This document shows positions 42,903 to 56,500 of a stretch of 64,000 nucleotides of DNA, one piece after another; the first letter of the stretch is position 1; every line of letters begins with the position of its first letter. A program made the position numbers and the translations under genes. The notes beneath the pieces are model-generated. The model was given only the letters and a program-made list of their open reading frames with translations, ran no database searches and had not been told where the DNA came from. This stretch comes from the human T2T-CHM13v2.0 reference genome, Homo sapiens: assembly GCF_009914755.1 (NCBI RefSeq), contig NC_060948.1, one strand, 5' to 3'.

Positions 42903-45900
42903 ATGGAATCAAATCAATGGAATCCAATCAAATGGAATGGAAAGGAATTGAATGGAGTAGATTGGATTGGATGGGATTGGAATGAAATGTACTGGAAAGG
43001 ACTCGAATTTCATGAAACGGAATGGAATGAATTGGAACGGAATGGACTCGAATGCAATGGAATGTCATGGAATGGCATCAAATGGAATGGCATCAAATGG
43101 AATGGAATCGAATGCAATGGAATGCTATGGAATGGAATGGAATGCATTGGAATGGAATGTCCTCTAATGGAATGGATTCGAGTGGAATGGAATCGAATAT
43201 AATGGAGTCGAATGAAATGGAATTGAAAGGAATGGGATCGAATACAATGGAATATACTGGAATGTAATGTAATGAACTCGAATGTAATTGACTGGAATGG
43301 AATGTACATGAATGGAATGTAATCGAATGGAAAGTAATCCAATGGAATAGAATCTAATGCAATAAAATCGACTCAGATAGAGTAGAATGTAATGGAATGG
43401 AGTGCAGTGCAATGGAATGGAATGGAATGGAATGCAATGGAATGGAATGGAATGGAATGGAATGGAATGGAATGGAATGGGATGGGATGGAATGGTATGG
43501 AATGGATAGTAATGGACTGGAGTGAAATGGACTGGAAAGGAATGGACTCAAATTGAAAGGGCTCGAAAGGAATGGAGTCAAATGGAATGGTCTGGAATGG
43601 AATGAACACGAATGTAATGCAATCCAATAGAATGGAATCGAATGGCATGGAATATAAAGAAATGGAATCGGAGAGAATGGAAACAAATGGAATGGAATTG
43701 AATGGAATGGAATTGAATGGAATGGGAACGAATGGAGTGAAATTGTATGCAGTAGAAGGGAATAGAATGGAATGCAAGTGAAAGGAAAGGAATGGATTGG
43801 AATGGAATGGAATTCATTGGAATGGAAGGGAATGTAGTGTAATGGACAGGCCTGGAATAAAGTGGAATGCTACGGTCTCGAATGGAATAAAAATGTATGG
43901 AATGGAATGCAATGAAATGGAATCGAATGTCATAGAATGTAATGGAATGCAACAAAATGGAATCCAAAATCATTGACTGGAAAGGCTGGGTGTCGAAAGG
44001 AATTGACTCCAATGGAATGGAATCGAATGGAATGGAAGTGAATAGAATCGAACTAAATCGAATGGAATGGAATTGATAGGAACGGAATGGAAAGGAATGC
44101 AATGATTTGGCATGGAATGGAATCGAATGGCATCGAATGGAATGGAATGGAATGCAATGGAATGGAATGTATTAGAATGTAATGAACTTTAATGGAATGT
44201 ACTCGAATGGATTCGACTGGAATGGAATGTTGTGGAAGTGAATGGACTCCAATGGAATGGATTCAAAAGGAATGGAATTGTACGGAATGGAATCTAATGG
44301 AATGGAATTAAATGGAAATGAATCAAATTGAATAGCACGGAATTGAATTGAATGGAATGGAATGCAATGGAATCTAATGAAACGGAAAGGAAAGGAATGG
44401 AATGGAATGGAATGGGCTGGAATGGAAAGGAATCGAAACGAATGGAATGGAATCGAACTGAAGAGACTGGAATGGACTGCACTGGAATGGAAGGGAGTGT
44501 AATGGAAGGTTCTCGAAAAAAATGGAATCGAATGGAATGGAATTGAATGGAACGGAATAGAGTCGAATGGAATTGAATGGAATGGAATGGACTAGAGTGA
44601 AATGGAATCGAACCACAAGGAATGGACATGAATAGAATGGTCTCGAATTGAATGGAATCGTATGGAATGGCATCAAACGGAATGGAATGGACAGCCACGG
44701 AATGGAATGCACTCGAATGCAATGGAGTCGAAACTAATGGACTGGAATAGAATGGACTCGACTGGTACGGACTCCAATGGAATGGAATCGAATGGAAGGG
44801 AATCGAACGGAATGGACTCGAAGGGAAAAGACTGCAATGGAAAGGTCTCGAATGGAATGGAAATAAATGGAATGGAATGGAATCGAATGAAATGGAGTCA
44901 AAAGGAATGGAATCGAATGGCAAGAAATCGAATGTAATGGAATCGCAAGGAATTGATGTGAACGGAACGGAATGGAATGGAATCCAAAGGAATGGAATAG
45001 AATGGAATGGAATCGAATGGAAAGGACTCGAATGGAAATCACTCGAATAGAATGCAATTTAATAAAATAGGACCAAATGTAATGGAATGGAATGGAAAGG
45101 AATCGAAACGAAAGGAATGGAGACAGATGGAATGGAATGGAACAGAGAGCAATGGTATAGAATGGAATGGAATCATCTGGAATGGAATTGAATGGAATGG
45201 AATAATATGAAATGGAATGGAATGGAATGGAATGGAATGCCCTTGAATTAAATGGACTGGAATGGAATGGACTCGAACAGAGTGGAATGGAAAGTGTTGA
45301 GATAGAATGGAATGGACTCGTTTGGAATGGTCTAGTATGCAATGCAATCGACTGGCAGGGTATCAAAAGGAATGTAATGGAATGGATTGGACTGGAATGC
45401 AATGGACTCGAATAGATTGCAAACGGAATGCAAAGGAATGGAATGGAATAGTATGGAATGGAATGGAAAGGAATGGAGTGGAATAGACTAGAGTGGAATG
45501 GAATGGACTGGAAAGAAATGGACTGGAATGGAACTTTCTTGGATGGACTGGAATCAAACGGAATGGAATGCAATGCAATCAAATGGCATGGAATAAAATA
45601 GAATGAAAGAGAATCAAATGGAATTGAATCGAATGGAATCGAATGGATTGGAAAGGAATAGAATGGAATGGAATGGAATTGACTCAAATGGAATGGACCA
45701 GAATGGAATGGATTCGAATGGAAGGCAAAGGAATGGAATCTATTGGAATGGACTGTAATGGAATGGAATGGAAGGGATTGGAATGGACTCGAATGGAATG
45801 GACTGCAATAGAAAGGATTCGAATGGAATGAAAAAGAATTGAATGGAATAGAACAGAATGGAATCAAATCGAATGAAATGGAATGGAATAGAAAGGAATG

Positions 45901-46471
45901 GAATGAAATGGAATGGAAAGGATTCGAATGGAATGCAATCGAATGGAATGGAATCGAACGGAATGGAATAAAATGGAAGAAAACTGGCAAGAAATGGAAT
46001 CGAAATGAATGGAGTGTTATAGAACGGACTCAAAAGGAATTGAATGTAATAGAATGGAGTGGAGTGGACTCGAATATAATGGACTGGAATGGAATGAAAT
46101 CACATGGAATGGGAACGAATGGAATGGAATGGAAAGGAATGGAATTGAATGGAAAGGAATCGAATGGAAGGGAATGAAATTGAATCAACAGGAATGGAAG
46201 GGAATAGAATAGACGGTAATGGAATGGACTCGAATTGAATGGACACGAATGCTCAAATTGAATGGACTCGAATGGAATGGAAACGAAAGGAATGTCATCG
46301 AATGGAATTGAATCGATTGGAATGAAATCGCATAGAATGGAGTGGAATCAAATGGAATTGAATCGAAAGGAAAGGAAGCGAATGGACTGAAATGAAATGG
46401 AATGGAATTGAATGGAAAGTAATGCAATGGAATAGAATGGAACGAAATTTCACGGAATGGAATCAAACTGA
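42903..46471 (+). repeat. DYZ1 unit 13, B-type, 3569 bp
   Basis: GGCC at 43849; T at 43779 shared with unit 9. Confidence 0.9.
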
Positions 46472-49400
46472 ATGGAATCAAATCAATGGAATCTAATCAA
46501 ATGGAATGGAAAGGAATTGAATGGAGTAGATTGGATTGGATGGGATTGGAATGAAATGTACTGGAAAGGACTCGAATTTCATGAAACGGAATGGAATGAA
46601 TTGGAACGGAATGGACTCGAATGGAATGGAATGTCATGGAATGGCATCAAATGGAATGGCATCAAATGGAATGGAATCGAATGCAATGTAATGCTATGGA
46701 ATGAAATGGAATGCATTGGAATGGAATGTCCTGTAATGGAATGGATTCGAGTGGAATGGAATCGAATATAATGGAGTCGAATGAAATGGAATTGAAAGGA
46801 ATGGGATCGAATACAATGGAATATACTGGAATGTAATGTAATGAACTCGAATGTAATTGACTGGAATGGAATGTACATGAATGGAATGTAATCGAATGGA
46901 AAGTAATCCAATGGAATAGAATCTAATGCAATAAAATCGACTCAGATAGAGTAGAATGTAATGGAATGGAGTGCAGTGCAATGGAATGGAATGGAATGGA
47001 ATGCAATGGAATGGAATGGAATGGAATGGAATGGAATTTAATGGAATGGGATGGAATGGTATGGAATGGATAGTAATGGACTGGAGTGAAATGGACTGGA
47101 AAGGAATGGACTCAAATTGAAAGGGCTCGAAAGGAATGGAGTCAAATGGAATGGTCTGGAATGGAATGAACACGAATGTAATGCAATCCAATAGAATGGT
47201 ATCGAATGGCATGGAATATAAAGAAATGGAATCGAAGAGAATGGAAACAAATGGAATGGAATTGAATGGAATGGGAACGAATGGAGTGAAATTGTATGCA
47301 GTAGAAGGTAATAGAATGGAATGCAAGCGAAAGGAAAGGAATGGATTGGAATGGAATGGAATTCATTGGAATGGAAGGGAATGTAGTGTAATGGACAGGT
47401 CTGGAATAAAGTGGAATGCTACGGTCTCAATGGAATAAAAATGTATGGAATGGAATGCAATGAAACGGAATCGAATGTCATAGAATGTAATGGAATGCAA
47501 AAAAATGGAATCCAAAATCATTGACTGGAAAGGCTGGGTGTCGAAAGGAATTGACTCCAATGGAATGGAATCGAATGGAATGGAAGTGAATAGAATCGAA
47601 CTAAATCGAATGGAATGGAATTGATAGGAACGGAATGGAAAGGAATGCAATGATTTGGCATGGAATGGAATCGAATGGCATCGAATGGAATGGAATGGAA
47701 TGCAATGGAATGGAATGTATTAGAATGTAATGAACTTTAATGGAATGTACTCGAATGGATTCGACTGGAATGGAATGTTCTGGAAGTGAATGGACTCCAA
47801 TGGAATGGATTCCAAAGGAATGGAATCGTACGGAATGGAATCTAATGGAATGGAATTAAATGGAAATGAATCAAATTGAATAGCACGGAATTGAATTGAA
47901 TGGAATGGAATGCAATGGAATCTAATGAAACGGAAAGGAAAGGAATGGAATGGAATGGAATGGGCTGGAATGGAAAGGAATCGAAACGAATGGAATGGAA
48001 TCGAACTGAAGAGACTGGAATGGAATGCACTGGAATGGAAGGGAGTGTAATGGAAGGTTCTCGAAAAAAATGGAATCGAATGGAATGGAATTGAATGGAA
48101 CGGAATAGAGTCGAATGGAATTGAATGGAATGGAATGGACTAGAGTGAAATGGAATCGAACCACAAGGAATGGAGAGGAATAGAATGGTCTCGAATTGAA
48201 TGGAATCGTATGGAATGGCATCAAACGGAATGGAATGGACAGCCACGGAATGGAATGCACTCGAATGCAATGGAGTCGAAACTAATGGACTGGAATAGGA
48301 TGGACTCGACTGGTACGGACTCCAATGGAATGGAATCGAATGGAAGGGAATCGAACGGAATGGACTCGAAGGGAAAAGACTGCAATGGAAAGGTCTCGAA
48401 TGGAATGGAAATTAATGGAATGGAATGGAATCGAATGAAATGGAGTCAAAAGGAATGGAATCGAATGGCAACAAATCGAATGTAATGGAATCGCAAGGAA
48501 TTGATGTGAACGGAACGGAATGGAATGGAATCCAAAGGAATGGAATAGAATGGAATGGAATCGAATGGAAAGGACTCGAATGGAAATCACTCGAATAGAA
48601 TGCAATTTAATAAAATAGGATCAAATTTAATGGAATGGAATGGAAAGGAATCGAAACGAAAGGAATGGAGACAGATGGAATGGAATGGAACAGAGAGCAA
48701 TGGTATAGAATGGAATGGAATCATCTGGAATGGAATTGAATGGAATGGAATAATATGAAATGGAATGGAATGGAATGGAATGGAATGCCCTTGAATTAAA
48801 TGGACTGGAATGGAATGGACTCGAACAGAGTGGAATGGAAAGTGTTGAGATAGAATGGAATGGACTCCTTTGGAATGGTGTAGTATGCAATGCAATCGAC
48901 TGGCAGGGAATCAAAAGGAATGTAATGGAATGGACTGGACTGGAATGCAATGGACTCGAATAGATTGGAAACGGAATGCAAAGGAATGGAATGGAATAGT
49001 ATGGAATGGAATGGAAAGGAATGGAGTGGAATAGACTAGAGTGGAATGGAATGGACTGGAAAGCAATGGACTGGAATGGAACTTTCTTGAATGGACTAGA
49101 ATCAAACGGAATGGAATGCAATGCAATCAAATGGCATGGAATAAAATAGAATGAAAGAGAATCAAATGGAATTGAATCGAATGGAATCGAATGGATTGGA
49201 AAGGAATAGAATGGAATGGAATGGAATTGACTCAAATGGAATGGACTAGAATGGAATGGATTCGAATGGAAGGCAAAGGAATGGAATCTATTGGAATGGA
49301 CTGTAATGGAATGGAATGGAAGGGATTGGAATGGACTCGAATGGAATGGACTGCAATAGAAAGGATTCGAATGGAATGAAAAAGAATTGAATGGAATAGA

Positions 49401-50019
49401 ACAGAATGGAATCAAATCGAATGAAATGGAATGGAATAGAAAGGAATGGAATGAAATGGAATGGAAAGGATTCGAATGGAATGCAATCGAATGGAATGGA
49501 ATCGAACGGAATGGAATAAAATGGAAGAAAACTGGCAAGAAATGGAATCGAAATGAATGGAGTGTTATGGAACGGACTCAAAAGGAATTGAATGTAATAG
49601 AATGGAGTGGAGTGGACTCGAATATAATGGACTGGAATGGAATGAAATCACATGGAATGGGAACGAATGGAATGGAATGGAAAGGAATGGAATCGAATGG
49701 AAAGGAATCGAATGGAAGGGAATGAAATTGAATCAACAGGAATGGAAGGGAATAGAATAGACGGTAATGGAATGGACTCGAATAGAATGGACACGAATGC
49801 TCAAATTGAATGGACTCGAATGGAATGGAAACGAAAGGAACGTCATCGAATGGAATTGAATCGATTGGAATGAAATCGCATAGAATGGAGTGGAATCAAA
49901 TGGAATTGAATCGAAAGGAAAGGAAGCGAATGGACTGAAATGAAATGGAATGGAATTGAATGGAAAGTAATGCAATGGAATAGAATGGAACGAAATTTCA
50001 CGGAATGGAATCAAACTGA
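46472..50019 (+). repeat. DYZ1 unit 14, A-type with 15-bp deletion, 3548 bp
   Basis: Alleles of units 6/10, plus TCAAATTTAA at ~48627. Confidence 0.9.
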
Positions 50020-53000
50020 ATGGAATCAAATCAATGGAATCCAATCAAATGGAATGGAAAGGAATTGAATGGAGTAGATTGGATTGGATGGGATTGGAAT
50101 GAAATGTACTGGAAAGGACTCGAATTTCATGAAACGGAATGGAATGAATTGGAACGGAATGGACTCGAATGCAATGGAATGTCATGGAATGGCATCAAAT
50201 GGAATGGCATCAAATGGAATGGAATCGAATGCAATGGAATGCTATGGAATGGAATGGAATGCATTGGAATGGAATGTCCTCTAATGGAATGGATTCGAGT
50301 GGAATGGAATCGAATATAATGGAGTCGAATGAAATGGAATTGAAAGGAATGGGATCGAATACAATGGAATATACTGGAATGTAATGTAATGAACTCGAAT
50401 GTAATTGACTGGAATGGAATGTACATGAATGGAATGTAATCGAATGGAAAGTAATCCAATGGAATAGAATCTAATGCAATAAAATCGACTCAGATAGAGT
50501 AGAATGTAATGGAATGGAGTGCAGTGCAATGGAATGGAATGGAATGGAATGCAATGGAATGGAATGGAATGGAATGGAATGGAATGGAATGGAATGGGAT
50601 GGGATGGAATGGTATGGAATGGATAGTAATGGACTGGAGTGAAATGGACTGGAAAGGAATGGACTCAAATTGAAAGGGCTCGAAAGGAATGGAGTCAAAT
50701 GGAATGGTCTGGAATGGAATGAACACGAATGTAATGCAATCCAATAGAATGGAATCGAATGGCATGGAATATAAAGAAATGGAATCGGAGAGAATGGAAA
50801 CAAATGGAATGGAATTGAATGGAATGGAATTGAATGGAATGGGAACGAATGGAGTGAAATTGTATGCAGTAGAAGGGAATAGAATGGAATGCAAGCGAAA
50901 GGAAAGGAATGGATTGGAATGGAATGGAATTCATTGGAATGGAAGGGAATGTAGTGTAATGGACAGGCCTGGAATAAAGTGGAATGCTACGGTCTCGAAT
51001 GGAATAAAAATGTATGGAATGGAATGCAATGAAATGGAATCGAATGTCATAGAATGTAATGGAATGCAACAAAATGGAATCCAAAATCATTGACTGGAAA
51101 GGCTGGGTGTCGAAAGGAATTGACTCCAATGGAATGGAATCGAATGGAATGGAAGTGAATAGAATCGAACTAAATCGAATGGAATGGAATTGATAGGAAC
51201 GGAATGGAAAGGAATGCAATGATTTGGCATGGAATGGAATCGAATGGCATCGAATGGAATGGAATGGAATGCAATGGAATGGAATGTATTAGAATGTAAT
51301 GAACTTTAATGGAATGTACTCGAATGGATTCGACTGGAATGGAATGTTGTGGAAGTGAATGGACTCCAATGGAATGGATTCAAAAGGAATGGAATTGTAC
51401 GGAATGGAATCTAATGGAATGGAATTAAATGGAAATGAATCAAATTGAATAGCACGGAATTGAATTGAATGGAATGGAATGCAATGGAATCTAATGAAAC
51501 GGAAAGGAAAGGAATGGAATGGAATGGAATGGGCTGGAATGGAAAGGAATCGAAACGAATGGAATGGAATCGAACTGAAGAGACTGGAATGGACTGCACT
51601 GGAATGGAAGGGAGTGTAATGGAAGGTTCTCGAAAAAAATGGAATCGAATGGAATGGAATTGAATGGAACGGAATAGAGTCGAATGGAATTGAATGGAAT
51701 GGAATGGACTAGAGTGAAATGGAATCGAACCACAAGGAATGGACATGAATAGAATGGTCTCGAATTGAATGGAATCGTATGGAATGGCATCAAACGGAAT
51801 GGAATGGACAGCCACGGAATGGAATGCACTCGAATGCAATGGAGTCGAAACTAATGGACTGGAATAGAATGGACTCGACTGGTACGGACTCCAATGGAAT
51901 GGAATCGAATGGAAGGGAATCGAACGGAATGGACTCGAAGGGAAAAGACTGCAATGGAAAGGTCTCGAATGGAATGGAAATAAATGGAATGGAATGGAAT
52001 CGAATGAAATGGAGTCAAAAGGAATGGAATCGAATGGCAAGAAATCGAATGTAATGGAATCGCAAGGAATTGATGTGAACGGAACGGAATGGAATGGAAT
52101 CCAAAGGAATGGAATAGAATGGAATGGAATCGAATGGAAAGGACTCGAATGGAAATCACTCGAATAGAATGCAATTTAATAAAATAGGACCAAATGTAAT
52201 GGAATGGAATGGAAAGGAATCGAAACGAAAGGAATGGAGACAGATGGAATGGAATGGAACAGAGAGCAATGGTATAGAATGGAATGGAATCATCTGGAAT
52301 GGAATTGAATGGAATGGAATAATATGAAATGGAATGGAATGGAATGGAATGGAATGCCCTTGAATTAAATGGACTGGAATGGAATGGACTCGAACAGAGT
52401 GGAATGGAAAGTGTTGAGATAGAATGGAATGGACTCGTTTGGAATGGTCTAGTATGCAATGCAATCGACTGGCAGGGTATCAAAAGGAATGTAATGGAAT
52501 GGATTGGACTGGAATGCAATGGACTCGAATAGATTGCAAACGGAATGCAAAGGAATGGAATGGAATAGTATGGAATGGAATGGAAAGGAATGGAGTGGAA
52601 TAGACTAGAGTGGAATGGAATGGACTGGAAAGAAATGGACTGGAATGGAACTTTCTTGGATGGACTGGAATCAAACGGAATGGAATGCAATGCAATCAAA
52701 TGGCATGGAATAAAATAGAATGAAAGAGAATCAAATGGAATTGAATCGAATGGAATCGAATGGATTGGAAAGGAATAGAATGGAATGGAATGGAATTGAC
52801 TCAAATGGAATGGACCAGAATGGAATGGATTCGAATGGAAGGCAAAGGAATGGAATCTATTGGAATGGACTGTAATGGAATGGAATGGAAGGGATTGGAA
52901 TGGACTCGAATGGAATGGACTGCAATAGAAAGGATTCGAATGGAATGAAAAAGAATTGAATGGAATAGAACAGAATGGAATCAAATCGAATGAAATGGAA

Positions 53001-53588
53001 TGGAATAGAAAGGAATGGAATGAAATGGAATGGAAAGGATTCGAATGGAATGCAATCGAATGGAATGGAATCGAACGGAATGGAATAAAATGGAAGAAAA
53101 CTGGCAAGAAATGGAATCGAAATGAATGGAGTGTTATAGAACGGACTCAAAAGGAATTGAATGTAATAGAATGGAGTGGAGTGGACTCGAATATAATGGA
53201 CTGGAATGGAATGAAATCACATGGAATGGGAACGAATGGAATGGAATGGAAAGGAATGGAATTGAATGGAAAGGAATCGAATGGAAGGGAATGAAATTGA
53301 ATCAACAGGAATGGAAGGGAATAGAATAGACGGTAATGGAATGGACTCGAATTGAATGGACACGAATGCTCAAATTGAATGGACTCGAATGGAATGGAAA
53401 CGAAAGGAATGTCATCGAATGGAATTGAATCGATTGGAATGAAATCGCATAGAATGGAGTGGAATCAAATGGAATTGAATCGAAAGGAAAGGAAGCGAAT
53501 GGACTGAAATGAAATGGAATGGAATTGAATGGAAAGTAATGCAATGGAATAGAATGGAACGAAATTTCACGGAATGGAATCAAACTGA
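50020..53588 (+). repeat. DYZ1 unit 15, B-type, 3569 bp
   Basis: GGCC at 50966; lacks the unit 3/7/11 private alleles and the unit 9/13 T allele, so it resembles unit 5. Confidence 0.9.
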
Positions 53589-56500
53589 ATGGAATCAAAT
53601 CAATGGAATCTAATCAAATGGAATGGAAAGGAATTGAATGGAGTAGATTGGATTGGATGGGATTGGAATGAAATGTACTGGAAAGGACTCGAATTTCATG
53701 AAACGGAATGGAATGAATTGGAACGGAATGGACTCGAATGGAATGGAATGTCATGGAATGGCATCAAATGGAATGGCATCAAATGGAATGGAATCGAATG
53801 CAATGTAATGCTATGGAATGAAATGGAATGCATTGGAATGGAATGTCCTGTAATGGAATGGATTCGAGTGGAATGGAATCGAATATAATGGAGTCGAATG
53901 AAATGGAATTGAAAGGAATGGGATCGAATACAATGGAATATACTGGAATGTAATGTAATGAACTCGAATGTAATTGACTGGAATGGAATGTACATGAATG
54001 GAATGTAATCGAATGGAAAGTAATCCAATGGAATAGAATCTAATGCAATAAAATCGACTCAGATAGAGTAGAATGTAATGGAATGGAGTGCAGTGCAATG
54101 GAATGGAATGGAATGGAATGCAATGGAATGGAATGGAATGGAATGGAATGGAATTTAATGGAATGGGATGGAATGGTATGGAATGGATAGTAATGGACTG
54201 GAGTGAAATGGACTGGAAAGGAATGGACTCAAATTGAAAGGGCTCGAAAGGAATGGAGTCAAATGGAATGGTCTGGAATGGAATGAACACGAATGTAATG
54301 CAATCCAATAGAATGGTATCGAATGGCATGGAATATAAAGAAATGGAATCGAAGAGAATGGAAACAAATGGAATGGAATTGAATGGAATGGAATTGAATG
54401 GAATGGGAACGAATGGAGTGAAATTGTATGCAGTAGAAGGTAATAGAATGGAATGCAAGCGAAAGGAAAGGAATGGATTGGAATGGAATGGAATTCATTG
54501 GAATGGAAGGGAATGTAGTGTAATGGACAGGTCTGGAATAAAGTGGAATGCTACGGTCTCAATGGAATAAAAATGTATGGAATGGAATGCAATGAAACGG
54601 AATCGAATGTCATAGAATGTAATGGAATGCAACAAAATGGAATCCAAAATCATTGACTGGAAAGGCTGGGTGTCGAAAGGAATTGACTCCAATGGAATGG
54701 AATCGAATGGAATGGAAGTGAATAGAATCGAACTAAATCGAATGGAATGGAATTGATAGGAACGGAATGGAAAGGAATGCAATGATTTGGCATGGAATGG
54801 AATCGAATGGCATCGAATGGAATGGAATGGAATGCAATGGAATGGAATGTATTAGAATGTAATGAACTTTAATGGAATGTACTCGAATGGATTCGACTGG
54901 AATGGAATGTTGTGGAAGTGAATGGACTCCAATGGAATGGATTCCAAAGGAATGGAATCGTACGGAATGGAATCTAATGGAATGGAATTAAATGGAAATG
55001 AATCAAATTGAATAGCACGGAATTGAATTGAATGGAATGGAATGCAATGGAATCTAATGAAACGGAAAGGAAAGGAATGGAATGGAATGGAATGGGCTGG
55101 AATGGAAAGGAATCGAAACGAATGGAATGGAATCGAACTGAAGAGACTGGAATGGAATGCACTGGAATGGAAGGGAGTGTAATGGAAGGTTCTCGAAAAA
55201 AATGGAATCGAATGGAATGGAATTGAATGGAACGGAATAGAGTCGAATGGAATTGAATGGAATGGAATGGACTAGAGTGAAATGGAATCGAACCACAAGG
55301 AATGGACATGAATAGAATGGTCTCGAATTGAATGGAATCGTATGGAATGGCATCAAACGGAATGGAATGGACAGCCACGGAATGGAATGCACTCGAATGC
55401 AATGGAGTCGAAACTAATGGACTGGAATAGAATGGACTCGACTGGTACGGACTCCAATGGAATGGAATCGAATGGAAGGGAATCGAACGGAATGGACTCG
55501 AAGGGAAAAGACTGCAATGGAAAGGTCTCGAATGGAATGGAAATAAATGGAATGGAATGGAATCGAATGAAATGGAGTCAAAAGGAATGGAATCGAATGG
55601 CAAGAAATCGAATGTAATGGAATCGCAAGGAATTGATGTGAACGGAACGGAATGGAATGGAATCCAAAGGAATGGAATAGAATGGAATGGAATCGAATGG
55701 AAAGGACTCGAATGGAAATCACTCGAATAGAATGCAATTTAATAAAATAGGACCAAATGTAATGGAATGGAATGGAAAGGAATCGAAACGAAAGGAATGG
55801 AGACAGATGGAATGGAATGGAACAGAGAGCAATGGTATAGAATGGAATGGAATCATCTGGAATGGAATTGAATGGAATGGAATAATATGAAATGGAATGG
55901 AATGGAATGGAATGGAATGCCCTTGAATTAAATGGACTGGAATGGAATGGACTCGAACAGAGTGGAATGGAAAGTGTTGAGATAGAATGGAATGGACTCG
56001 TTTGGAATGGTCTAGTATGCAATGCAATCGACTGGCAGGGTATCAAAAGGAATGTAATGGAATGGATTGGACTGGAATGCAATGGACTCGAATAGATTGC
56101 AAACGGAATGCAAAGGAATGGAATGGAATAGTATGGAATGGAATGGAAAGGAATGGAGTGGAATAGACTAGAGTGGAATGGAATGGACTGGAAAGAAATG
56201 GACTGGAATGGAACTTTCTTGGATGGACTGGAATCAAACGGAATGGAATGCAATGCAATCAAATGGCATGGAATAAAATAGAATGAAAGAGAATCAAATG
56301 GAATTGAATCGAATGGAATCGAATGGATTGGAAAGGAATAGAATGGAATGGAATGGAATTGACTCAAATGGAATGGACCAGAATGGAATGGATTCGAATG
56401 GAAGGCAAAGGAATGGAATCTATTGGAATGGACTGTAATGGAATGGAATGGAAGGGATTGGAATGGACTCGAATGGAATGGACTGCAATAGAAAGGATTC

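Larger units (their letters stand above)
7278..50019 (+). repeat. Four-unit higher-order repeat, 3 tandem copies (7278-21521, 21522-35770, 35771-50019; 14,244/14,249/14,249 bp)
   Basis: Unit lengths cycle 3569(3564)-3563-3569-3548. Private SNPs recur at exactly +14,249 (CATATG 12592/26841/41090; T 29530/43779). Confidence 0.9.
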
